Positions 33,932-43,092 of a stretch of 64,000 nucleotides of DNA are shown here, piece by piece. The DNA lies in the IMG/VR virus record IMGVR_UViG_3300042864_001285; one strand, 5' to 3'. The position numbers and the translations under genes were made by a program. The stretch's first letter is position 1; each line of letters starts with the position of its first letter. This DNA comes from a virus. The notes under the pieces were generated by a model. That model worked only from the letters and a program-made list of their open reading frames with translations, was not told the DNA's origin and ran no database searches.

Positions 33932-34600
33932 TTAAGGTGTAAGTCTATCTTCAAATTGTTGTCGTGTTTCAAACGGCTGTTGAACTAAGTCTCTACCTAG
34001 TAAAGACTCTGTTTGTATCTGTGAAGCAAACAATGAATTCGCAATAGTGGTTTCCAGCAATTCCATTCCAAGTGCTTCAAGAGAATTATTTCTCCAACTT
34101 GTGTATGCGAATGTTACAGTAAGTTTGTGGTGTCCATCTGACGACCAATCTAAATCCATCTGATTTACTGCAATCGGAAATGTGTCCAACATTGTAATAG
34201 AATATGACAGTTGATTCTTAACATCATATTGATTCACTGTGAGTGGAACAGCATAATCCGCTTTGTACTTTAGGTTGTAGTTGATTGTTGGATTGATCCA
34301 GTTCAACCATGCATCAAAGAATTTCTTTTCCGCCATATCATCACCGACAATGAATGTGAGACTCGTATCATTGTATGTTGTTTGATATGGAAACTTTTCT
34401 TCAACACCGTAAATTTTCATCGTTGTTGTTGAGATTGAACGACCAGGAAGTTCTGCGTTTTCACAACGCATATTCAGTGTTCTTCCAATTCCTCTGTATG
34501 GTAGAAGACCAATTGGAATTGGAACGTTTACGTCAAACCTACTTGGTCGTGCTAAGTCTGTATTAAAACTTGCTTTGAATTCTGCGATTGATCCTGCCAT
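33932..34600 (-). CDS. tail-tube family protein (gp19/gp54/gp48 fold)
   Basis: The N-terminus FNTDLARPSRFDVNV parallels gp19 FESGDFARPNLFQVEI. LDWSSDG...LTVTFAYTSW parallels LDWDSNNE...FEVTLALDYWE (recalled). Confidence 0.5.
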   Translation of the reverse strand: MAGSIAEFKASFNTDLARPSRFDVNVPIPIGLLPYRGIGRTLNMRCENAELPGRSISTTTMKIYGVEEKFPYQTTYNDTSLTFIVGDDMAEKKFFDAWLNWINPTINYNLKYKADYAVPLTVNQYDVKNQLSYSITMLDTFPIAVNQMDLDWSSDGHHKLTVTFAYTSWRNNSLEALGMELLETTIANSLFASQIQTESLLGRDLVQQPFETRQQFEDRLTP

Positions 34601-35202
34601 TAGTATACCCTACTTTGTGCTTTGGCTACCGATTCAGCATATACTTTAGAAATCGGTGCGCCCTTGAAAACGGCTGTGGGAAGAAATAGTGCTGTCTCCC
34701 ACTCTGGTGGTTGAATCGTCAGAATTTTAGATTTAATTTGACTATTCAGGTAACGCTTCAAACAAGGCCTAAACTCTTTGAAATTCTTCGATGCAGTTAG
34801 AATATCATAGGTTATACGAAGGCGTTTAGGTTCATCATTTTCATTTGTAATAGCAAAATTCATGAGTTTGTCCATGAACACAGCACGATACCTTGGAGGT
34901 AAATAATGCATGTTTAGACCTATGAATCCTTCAGCATCACGTTTAAGTGGTATCACCAAAGGAAATATGTCGTAGTAGGGTAAATCACCCTTAGTTAATG
35001 GATCGTAGAAAAAGTGATAAAGCCCACCTATCTGAAATCGGCCACCTTGCCTACCTTTTTCTTTTTCTATTTCTCTCGCCAATTTGATTGGAGATTTTAG
35101 GTCACGCATCTGGTTTTGTAACCACGTGACAGATTTTCTAGACAAGAATTCTTGTTCCAGAGCCGTTTTTTGTTGAGTAAGTTGTGTAAGTGTTGAAGCC
35201 AT
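34600..35202 (-). CDS. structural protein, possibly tail completion (gp3-like)
   Basis: The size and its position between the tube-family gene and the gp4-like gene support this. No diagnostic motif was found. Confidence 0.3.
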   Translation of the reverse strand: MASTLTQLTQQKTALEQEFLSRKSVTWLQNQMRDLKSPIKLAREIEKEKGRQGGRFQIGGLYHFFYDPLTKGDLPYYDIFPLVIPLKRDAEGFIGLNMHYLPPRYRAVFMDKLMNFAITNENDEPKRLRITYDILTASKNFKEFRPCLKRYLNSQIKSKILTIQPPEWETALFLPTAVFKGAPISKVYAESVAKAQSRVY

Positions 35203-35209
35203 CCACTAT

Positions 35210-36355
35210 TTAGTTTAGCCTTGGATGTATTTTTGTGAGCCAATCCAACTCTGTGCGACTATCGTTCCTTGTGTACCAGCCCGTACCTTTGGAAACATCA
35301 ATAATAGACTCAAAATATTCCTTATACATTGAGCCAATTTTACGAAAGTTGTAGTTCTTCTCAGCCCATTCCCGACACGCTTGTGGTGAAATTGTATCAA
35401 TATTCTTAGCCGCCCATACAAATTGTTCAAATGTGCGGCAACGGAAACCAGTAACTCCGTGCTGTACAGTCTCTGTAAATGCACCCCAATCAACCGTGAT
35501 GACAGGTGTTCCAGAGAGCATCGCCTCGATTGCTACATAACCAAAAGGCTCGTTATAGATTGTGGGGCAAAACAATCCTTTAGCTCCAGCCATTAGACGT
35601 TTACGGGTTTCAACATCAGCATAACCAACATATTCAACGTGAGCAGGCCATGTATCACCAAGATTACAATCTTGCGGTCCATAGCTTGTTCCAGCCAGCA
35701 CCAACTTAACGCCAAGTTGTTCACACACTTGAGCCGCAATATCAACACCTTTTGACCATACCATACGACCACACATCAGAAAATAATCTTCTTTCTTTTC
35801 AGTGTATTCGAATTCACTCAGGTCAAAACCAGATGGGATGACAACATCATAGAACTTATATTCAGCGGTTGCAACTTTGTCTGGACCTTGAAGACCGTGC
35901 ATCACTGCATACGATTCATATACTTTGTATGGTGCAAATGAGGACGGATAACCGATAGAAGGTTCAACGCAGAGCAATTCTGCATGTGCATCACAAACTG
36001 GTTTCTGTGCTATACCAAAAAAACAAAGGATAATGTCGTGTGGTTGTTTACGTTTTCCAATCTCTTTGATACAGTTTTCATTGAATGTTTTAAAAACTTC
36101 ATCTTCCTGATTGTATTTCAGTCCTTGATTCTTCCAGTCATATATACCATAAACCTTCTCGTTCAATGCACGTGTTGTGACAGTGACATGTTCATCACAG
36201 ATAACGTCAGAATCTTCACGACCATAATGAATGACATGCATTCCCATGTCTTTGTACATTTTACAGAAGTTAATCACTTTTTGAGTAAACGCACAAACCG
36301 TATACTCTTTTGTCGATGCCGTATGCGGAACCGACAATACATGGAGTCTAATCAT
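35210..36355 (-). CDS. GT-B glycosyltransferase (GT1/GT4-like)
   Basis: The C-terminal EPFGYVAIEAMLSGTPVITVDWGAFTETV matches the E-x7-E / EAMxxGxPVI nucleotide-sugar-binding signature. Confidence 0.6.
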   Translation of the reverse strand: MIRLHVLSVPHTASTKEYTVCAFTQKVINFCKMYKDMGMHVIHYGREDSDVICDEHVTVTTRALNEKVYGIYDWKNQGLKYNQEDEVFKTFNENCIKEIGKRKQPHDIILCFFGIAQKPVCDAHAELLCVEPSIGYPSSFAPYKVYESYAVMHGLQGPDKVATAEYKFYDVVIPSGFDLSEFEYTEKKEDYFLMCGRMVWSKGVDIAAQVCEQLGVKLVLAGTSYGPQDCNLGDTWPAHVEYVGYADVETRKRLMAGAKGLFCPTIYNEPFGYVAIEAMLSGTPVITVDWGAFTETVQHGVTGFRCRTFEQFVWAAKNIDTISPQACREWAEKNYNFRKIGSMYKEYFESIIDVSKGTGWYTRNDSRTELDWLTKIHPRLN

Positions 36356-36789
36356 TTTAATCCTAAATCATATTCTGTTAACACTTTAAAAGTCCAGCCA
36401 CGATCAAGACAGTATTCAGTTGCTGATTTCCATTTTGCTTCGTTGATTCCCCAAGTAACCACCTCTTGGATGTATTGTTTTGTGACTTTCTTCTTTTTCT
36501 CTGGTGGTTTAGTCTGTTTTGCTGGTTTTACTTCGATAATCATCACTCGGATTGTATCATCTTTTTGCTTAACTTTCACGTAAAAATCAGGAAAATAACG
36601 GTGAACACGGTTATCTACCGGAGATTTATATGGTATAGAGAACTCCTCAGAACCCCATTCGATAATGGTATCATTCGAGTCGAGCCAGTTCATCACTCGG
36701 CACTCCCATGTCGAACGATAAATGATATTTTTTGGGTCTCCACGATACTTTTGTGGGTTCCGAGGTGTAAATCTTCCACTGTATGCCAT
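36352..36789 (-). CDS. head completion protein gp4-like (PD-(D/E)XK-like core)
   Basis: YFPDFYVKV...IIEVKP is a PD-x-D...E-x-K pattern. The gene is about 145 aa and divergent from the baseplate operon, as T4 gene 4 is to 53-5. Confidence 0.35.
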   Translation of the reverse strand: MAYSGRFTPRNPQKYRGDPKNIIYRSTWECRVMNWLDSNDTIIEWGSEEFSIPYKSPVDNRVHRYFPDFYVKVKQKDDTIRVMIIEVKPAKQTKPPEKKKKVTKQYIQEVVTWGINEAKWKSATEYCLDRGWTFKVLTEYDLGLK

Positions 36790-36796
36790 ATAAATA
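36789..36796 (+). promoter_or_regulatory. T4-type late promoter box TATAAATA
   Basis: An exact TATAAATA lies about 35 nt upstream of the first plus-strand baseplate gene. Confidence 0.4.
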
Positions 36797-36830
36797 TGTA
36801 TATTACCTTTCTAAAATAACAAAAAAAACC

Positions 36831-37838
36831 ATGCCAATATCTATCCCAACCTCAATAGCAGGTATTTCAGTACCAGGTACCATCAACGGTCCTCTCCAGT
36901 TGCTGTATGGAAATAAGTATGAATTTGGAACTTATAGATATCCAAGAAATTTGGGTACAGATCCGACAAGAAGCCATGTAATTAGATTTACAAGCATGAA
37001 GCCGGATCCAAATGCTCAGCCAGCATCGGCCACGAAAGCCGTTGAGGTGGGCAGATTGCTTGGTGGGGGAGAAGTGTCGCAAGCTGGAAAAGTTGCCGCA
37101 GATGCAGTTAATGAATTGGTTGCGGCTGATGTTCAAAGAATACAACATGCAACAATTTCATTGTATATTCCAGACACAGTGAATGTACAATATTCGACAA
37201 ATTACAGCACTGAAATTGGGCTTACCTCAACGTTGGGTAGACCATTTTTTCTCGCACAAGCGGGTACATCGTTGGTAGATTTAGTTAAGAATAGAGGGGA
37301 TTCTGTTGAAAAGTTTGGAAATAATGTTGCTAATGATCCATATTTAAGGGCTGAGGCCGCAAGACGTTTAGGTACAAAACTCGGTTTGCGTGGAGATTTA
37401 CAACCACTTGCGCTAAGATCATTGGGTCAAGCATTTAATCCACAGTTACAAGTTTTATTTCAACAAGTAAATTTCAGGTCTTTCCAATTCGATTTCTTGT
37501 TTACACCCTACAGTAAAGAGGAAACAGAAACAGTAAATAAAATCATCAAGACTTTTAAATTTGCGGCCGCACCTGAAATCAAAAAAGGTTCTTTTGGTTT
37601 TGCAGAATCTTTATTTGTTGATGTTCCATATCCTTTTGAAATAGAGTTCTTGTACAAAGGAAAAGCAAACCCATACGTACACAAAATAGGTCGTAGTGTT
37701 TTAGAAAATATATCAGTAGATTATGGACCAAACGGATGGGCAACATTTAATGACGGATCACCTGTGCAAATAAGAATGTCACTTCAATTCACAGAAACTG
37801 TCATTGTTGATAAAAATAGAATTGGAGAAGGTTTCTAA
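36831..37838 (+). CDS. baseplate tail-tube cap/initiator family protein (gp48/gp54-like)
   Basis: The C-terminal FDFLFTPYSKEETETVNKIIKTFKFAAAPE resembles the conserved tube-family C-terminus. Confidence 0.4.
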   Translation: MPISIPTSIAGISVPGTINGPLQLLYGNKYEFGTYRYPRNLGTDPTRSHVIRFTSMKPDPNAQPASATKAVEVGRLLGGGEVSQAGKVAADAVNELVAADVQRIQHATISLYIPDTVNVQYSTNYSTEIGLTSTLGRPFFLAQAGTSLVDLVKNRGDSVEKFGNNVANDPYLRAEAARRLGTKLGLRGDLQPLALRSLGQAFNPQLQVLFQQVNFRSFQFDFLFTPYSKEETETVNKIIKTFKFAAAPEIKKGSFGFAESLFVDVPYPFEIEFLYKGKANPYVHKIGRSVLENISVDYGPNGWATFNDGSPVQIRMSLQFTETVIVDKNRIGEGF

Positions 37839-38488
37839 TGTATTATTTCGACACATTACCTAAAATAGTTACTCCGGACCAAAATGGTTATCCAATATTG
37901 ATGACCAATCTTTTGACTAGAGCCGCACTGGTTCAAGAATTGATAAACAATCCAATGCTTTTTTATCAATATGCAATACAAGAAGGTGATACACCAGAAA
38001 TCGTTGCAGACAAATATTATGGTGATCCATTTAAATACTGGATCGTATTGTTCTCAAATCAAATTTTAGATCCAATTTGGGAATGGCCAATGCCATATGC
38101 ATCGTTTCTAAAATACATTGATGCAAAATATATAACAGAAGCTGAAGCTGAGAATAAAACACCATTTGAATACGTAAACACAACAGTTTATCAATATGAA
38201 AAAGTAGTTACAACAACAGATAAAACAACCGATATATCAACGATAAAAAAAGTATCTATAACGCAAAGTGTTTATAATGCACTTTCAGAATCTACAGTAA
38301 CATATGATATACCGGATCCTCCAGTTGCAAACGGAACACAATGTATTGTATCAACAACAAAAAATATTGTAACATTATATGATTATGAAGAAGATTTGAA
38401 TGAATCTAGAAGACAAATAAAATTGTTAAATGAGGTCTACATTGGTGAGATGGAAGAACAACTTAAACTTCTGATGAGAGTTGAATAA
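37838..38488 (+). CDS. baseplate wedge protein gp53-like (LysM-like segment)
   Basis: YAIQEGDTPEIVADKYYGDPFKYWIV is LysM-like. The gene sits immediately upstream of the hub and gp5 genes. Confidence 0.35.
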   Translation: MYYFDTLPKIVTPDQNGYPILMTNLLTRAALVQELINNPMLFYQYAIQEGDTPEIVADKYYGDPFKYWIVLFSNQILDPIWEWPMPYASFLKYIDAKYITEAEAENKTPFEYVNTTVYQYEKVVTTTDKTTDISTIKKVSITQSVYNALSESTVTYDIPDPPVANGTQCIVSTTKNIVTLYDYEEDLNESRRQIKLLNEVYIGEMEEQLKLLMRVE

Positions 38489-39915
38489 TGAATAAAATTG
38501 AAGTTGCTGGTGGATCGTCTATTATTGCTCCTAAGCCACAGGAAACTGTGCAAACTGCTGGTTTAGTTTTAGCCGACCAGTTCAGTCTTGACGAAATATA
38601 TTTGATTACATCATCCGGTAAAACAAGCCTCAAAAACATGTTCATAGAAGTATCTTTTTATGAAGATATTTTTAAAGGTATAATGAGTGGTAATGTTTTA
38701 ATCACAGATTCTATTAGTCTAATTGATAGACTTGCCATGACAGGATTCGATTATTTAAAACTTAAATTTAAAAAATCCACAAAAGTATCAGAACAATATG
38801 TGACTGAAAAATACTTTAGAATTTACAGAGTGTCTGAAAGAATCTTGAACAATAATTCGACAGAAACATACACATTACATTTTTGCTCAGAAGAACTTTT
38901 ACTTTCAGAACAAACTAAAATAAGTAAATCATATTCTGGAAAAAAAATCTCAGATATGATTTATGACATACTTTATAATAAATTGAAAATTGATAAAAAA
39001 TATATTAGAATGCAGGAGACTGATGGGCTATATGATTTTGTAATACCATATAAGAAACCAATTGAAGCTATTAACTGGCTTGCAAGTTATGCAAAACCTG
39101 TCGGTAAAGACGGTGCAGATTTTTTATTCTTTGAAAATTCGGAAGGTTTTAATTTTTATTCATTGCAAAGTTTATTTACACAAAATGCATACACAAGGTA
39201 CTCATATATTCCCAGAAATTTAGGCAAATTACAAAACACAGGAGAACTCGGCAGAGATATCGTTGGTATTAAATCATACGTTTTCTTAGATACGTTTGAT
39301 AGTTTATATGGTACTGTAACCGGTGCATTTGCTAATAGAGTAATTACTATCGATCCGTTGACAAGAACCTATAGAGATACGGTGTTTGATTACTTAAAGT
39401 ATTTTAACAAATCTAAAAATTTAAATAATAGTCCAATAATACCACAACTTAAAAATAGGTTAGGCAAAACCGCAAATGAAAATTATGATGCGGTTTTAAA
39501 GGTATTGACTTCAAATGCCAATCAAAAGAAGTCAATAGGTATCAGTGATGAACCTTGGAATGTGGCAAATGATGTAAGAGTGGAAAATTATGTGCCAAAT
39601 CGAACAGCACAACTTTCACTTTCTCATTATTCGAGAATAAGATTATCCGTTTCTGGCGATCCAAATTTAACTGTTGGAATGATAATTCAAATAATTTTAC
39701 CATCCAAAAGAAGTGCTGATGGATCTGGAAATTATGTTGGAGAAATTGATCCGATAAATTCTGGAAAATACATGATTACGGCTGTTAGACATATTATAGA
39801 CCATCTTGGTAAATATGAATCTATACTAGAAGTTGTAAAAGATAGTTACGGAGCATCAGTGAACACTTATACAAATTCTGGTGACATGGAGAAAGCAATA
39901 AAGGGTGATGTATAA
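38488..39915 (+). CDS. baseplate hub protein (gp27/VgrG-N-like)
   Basis: It precedes the gp5 OB-domain gene and is about 475 aa. The call rests on position only. Confidence 0.35.
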   Translation: MNKIEVAGGSSIIAPKPQETVQTAGLVLADQFSLDEIYLITSSGKTSLKNMFIEVSFYEDIFKGIMSGNVLITDSISLIDRLAMTGFDYLKLKFKKSTKVSEQYVTEKYFRIYRVSERILNNNSTETYTLHFCSEELLLSEQTKISKSYSGKKISDMIYDILYNKLKIDKKYIRMQETDGLYDFVIPYKKPIEAINWLASYAKPVGKDGADFLFFENSEGFNFYSLQSLFTQNAYTRYSYIPRNLGKLQNTGELGRDIVGIKSYVFLDTFDSLYGTVTGAFANRVITIDPLTRTYRDTVFDYLKYFNKSKNLNNSPIIPQLKNRLGKTANENYDAVLKVLTSNANQKKSIGISDEPWNVANDVRVENYVPNRTAQLSLSHYSRIRLSVSGDPNLTVGMIIQIILPSKRSADGSGNYVGEIDPINSGKYMITAVRHIIDHLGKYESILEVVKDSYGASVNTYTNSGDMEKAIKGDV

Positions 39916-40949
39916 TGTCAGATTTTAAAAATAGAATTGGGCACGATGATTTCGTTTGGTGGATTGGTGTCGTTGAAGACCGTGTTGATCCATTAAATGT
40001 TGGTCGTTGTAAGGTTAGAATTTTTGGTTCACACACAGATAACTTACAAGAAATTCCAACAGCAGAGTTACCTTGGGCAACACCATTATATCCAGTTAAT
40101 GATTCTAGAACATTTTCCGCACCAATGGAAGGTGATTATGTTTTTGGCTTCTTTATGGACGGCCTATCATCACAAGCACCAGCAATGCTGGGTGTATTTC
40201 CTGCTATACCACAGCAAGATGTTGATGCTGTTGAGGGTAAAGGTTTTTACGCCAAAGCCAAATATACCAACTCAACACTAAATGAATCTGATGCAGTAAC
40301 ACCTATTGTTTACACTGACACACCTGCAATGAAACCGGTACGTGTAGGTGAGTCAACGGCTTCCGCACCATCGAATACATATAAGGGTACAGGAATTGAA
40401 AAGTCGGATAATTCACGGGCACACGTTTGTGATATTCCAGGTGTAATAAAATACCAGGCGGCAGTTGAGGCTTTAAAAAATTCCACAATATTTCAAGCAA
40501 TACGAAATAAAATTGAGGCTCTCACGTCCGGTGCTGCGGCATCATCACCAATAACAACACAAATATTGTCGGCTATTAAAGTTTTACGTGGAATTTTAAA
40601 AACAATTAACGAATTACTAGACTTTATTAATAATGTTATAAAAACAATAGCGGAATTTATAGCAAAAGTGCAACAAACAATTGCATGGTTTTTAAGCCTG
40701 CCTGCTAGATTACTTCAACAATTCAGTGATTGTTTGGCTAGTTTGTACGCCGCTTTGGCTGGTGTGTTTACCTCCGATGTAGATTCGGAAACCAGTACCT
40801 TCTCGCAACTTATAACCGAAGGAACTGTGTTAATTTCGGATGTTACAAAAACTATAGCTAATACAACAACAACAATCGCCAGTGCCTCCACCTTAGTATC
40901 TACGGCAGAAACAACTTTGAATCCGAACTCTTATTCAGGAAGAATTTAA
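39915..40949 (+). CDS. gp5: gp5-like baseplate hub protein: N-terminal OB-fold only, no lysozyme domain
   Basis: FVWWIGVVEDRVDPLNVGRCKVRIFGSHTDN...LPWATP parallels the T4 gp5 N-terminal OB domain (recalled). The C-terminal half is predicted helical. Confidence 0.45.
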   Translation: MSDFKNRIGHDDFVWWIGVVEDRVDPLNVGRCKVRIFGSHTDNLQEIPTAELPWATPLYPVNDSRTFSAPMEGDYVFGFFMDGLSSQAPAMLGVFPAIPQQDVDAVEGKGFYAKAKYTNSTLNESDAVTPIVYTDTPAMKPVRVGESTASAPSNTYKGTGIEKSDNSRAHVCDIPGVIKYQAAVEALKNSTIFQAIRNKIEALTSGAAASSPITTQILSAIKVLRGILKTINELLDFINNVIKTIAEFIAKVQQTIAWFLSLPARLLQQFSDCLASLYAALAGVFTSDVDSETSTFSQLITEGTVLISDVTKTIANTTTTIASASTLVSTAETTLNPNSYSGRI

Positions 40950-40951
40950 TT

Positions 40952-41728
40952 ATGGCAACACAAGCACAACTAGACCAACAAATTCTGGACACAAAACCGG
41001 ATGATTATTCATGGAATGAACCTCCATCAGATTGGAATGCTTCTCCTCCACTAAATAAAGTAATTGGTACGGAGTCTGGGCACTTTATCGAACTTGATGA
41101 TACACCAGAATACGAAAGAGTGCGTATTCAACATAGAACTGGCACATTCACTGAGATACAAGCAAACGGTCAACAAATCGTTAAAATTTTAGGTGATAAG
41201 TATGAAATCATAGCAAATGATAATAATGTTCTCATTAAGGGTATCTGCAACATTACGATAAACGGAGACTCTGTTGTACATGTACTAGGTGACGCATACA
41301 GTAAAGTCGAAGGTGATTCATATCAACAAGTGAATGGTAAAACAAAAGTAAATTCGACAGATAAGGTTGAAATCACATCAGGTGGAGATATTTCACTTTT
41401 TGCTGGTACCGCAACGGGTGTAATCACATTAAGAGCCGCTGAAGCCGTTAATATACAGAGTGATTTAAATGTTTCGGGCTCAATCATTTCGAAACAATCA
41501 GTTTCAGCGGTTGAAAATGTAACAGCCGGCATGAAATTAAGTTCAAATCTTGGTATCGATACTCTTGGACCAATATTTGGAGCAGTAAGTCTTTGGACAC
41601 CACTCACACAGGGTGCTATGGTGAGAGATACTTTAGGTACGATGATGACTATGCGAATGCAATACAATTCACATATACATAAAGCACCAAAGGGTCCAAC
41701 TTCCACACCTTTACGTAAAATGTTATAA
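40952..41728 (+). CDS. central spike beta-helix protein (gp5 C-terminal-like)
   Basis: It contains repetitive V/I-x-G-D beta-strand repeats (VLGDAYSKVEGDSYQQVNG...) and a C-terminal HxH. Confidence 0.45.
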   Translation: MATQAQLDQQILDTKPDDYSWNEPPSDWNASPPLNKVIGTESGHFIELDDTPEYERVRIQHRTGTFTEIQANGQQIVKILGDKYEIIANDNNVLIKGICNITINGDSVVHVLGDAYSKVEGDSYQQVNGKTKVNSTDKVEITSGGDISLFAGTATGVITLRAAEAVNIQSDLNVSGSIISKQSVSAVENVTAGMKLSSNLGIDTLGPIFGAVSLWTPLTQGAMVRDTLGTMMTMRMQYNSHIHKAPKGPTSTPLRKML

Positions 41729-41739
41729 TGGAGATTTGA

Positions 41740-42606
41740 ATGGCAGGAGCAAACGTATTTAACAGATTAAGTTTCAGTTTTGATACAGGTAAATTCGGTG
41801 ATGCAATTTACTTGAGTCAAGATACGAAAAACTTTCTAAACACACAACCCATATCGCTTGAGACATGGCAAAAAAATGACTTGGCCAATGGCACAATCAT
41901 TGCAACAAATTACTACAAGAATCCAGTTTTGAATGTATGTAATCAACTTCAATCTAGTACACAAAATTTGTACAACGTAATGGTGACGATTGTTACATAC
42001 GATACGGCTAATGGAGCAGGATTAGAATCATCGGCAAACACACTTTTATCCGAAATTAATTTATTCAAGCAACATACATCAAATGTCGCTGGTGTGACAA
42101 AAGCTGAATCTACCGTTCCAGAAGACGGTTCCCCTGTTGTCGAATATCCCGACTATGATACCGCTGTACAGGTAGGACAAAACTTATTGATGTTATTGAA
42201 TAACACCGATGGTATTCAAGATTCAACTCCGTTGCTAGGAAACATGACAAGTTTATTCATGGGAGATGAGATTGCTTCAAATAACGTAATTATTACTGCT
42301 GATTATCCAACGCTGAATTCTTCAATTTATTTGGATGGCACTGGAAATTTAGCATCAAACATATCGACCACACAAGCAAATTCGATAATTTCCCACTTAC
42401 AAACTGCGAGTGGAATGTTAAGTACACGAAGACTCCATGATTGGAACTTTTATCAACAAGGCCTAATATTACTGGAAGACTCTAATAAGGTTGATAATTT
42501 GGAAAATGTTGGAAATACACAACTGTATCTAATTAACAACCTCATAGGTACAGACAGTTATAAGCAAAAACTTTCATCTAATACTGCGAACACTAATACT
42601 TCATAA
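41740..42606 (+). CDS. virion structural protein (288 aa)
   Basis: It lies inside the baseplate operon. Confidence 0.4.
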   Translation: MAGANVFNRLSFSFDTGKFGDAIYLSQDTKNFLNTQPISLETWQKNDLANGTIIATNYYKNPVLNVCNQLQSSTQNLYNVMVTIVTYDTANGAGLESSANTLLSEINLFKQHTSNVAGVTKAESTVPEDGSPVVEYPDYDTAVQVGQNLLMLLNNTDGIQDSTPLLGNMTSLFMGDEIASNNVIITADYPTLNSSIYLDGTGNLASNISTTQANSIISHLQTASGMLSTRRLHDWNFYQQGLILLEDSNKVDNLENVGNTQLYLINNLIGTDSYKQKLSSNTANTNTS

Positions 42607-42696
42607 AATTTCGAAAATCTTGTTCCGGCCCTAGAATTTTTTAGCGCAAGTTCTTGGTTTTGAAAAAGTCATTTTACTCCTACGATAAATAATAAA

Positions 42697-43092
42697 ATGG
42701 TACAAACACTTAAAAAACTTTACTCAGATATAGATTTCAATTTCACTAGGACTCCTGGTAGAAATGATATCGCCTTGAGTTATGATGAAATGGCGGTCAT
42801 TCGTTCTGTCCGCTATTTACTTTTGACCAAAAATTATGAAAGACCATTTCAACCAAACATTGGTAGTAGAATCGAACAGTTGTTATTTGAATCAATTGAT
42901 TTTTTAACAGCACGAGATTTAAAAACTGAGATAGAAACCACTATCAATAACCATGAACCAAGGGTTAGATTGGTGCAGGTCACCATCGATGAACAGGTAG
43001 ATAACAATGCTTACAGTGTGGGAATAGAGTTTTTTATTGGAAATAATGTACAACCCACAGCAATCAATTTAATTCTTGAGAGAACACGATAA
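42697..43092 (+). CDS. gp25: baseplate wedge protein gp25 (GPW/gp25 family)
   Basis: The 131-aa protein has the GPW/gp25-type pattern (GSRIEQLLFE) and sits directly before gp6. Confidence 0.6.
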   Translation: MVQTLKKLYSDIDFNFTRTPGRNDIALSYDEMAVIRSVRYLLLTKNYERPFQPNIGSRIEQLLFESIDFLTARDLKTEIETTINNHEPRVRLVQVTIDEQVDNNAYSVGIEFFIGNNVQPTAINLILERTR

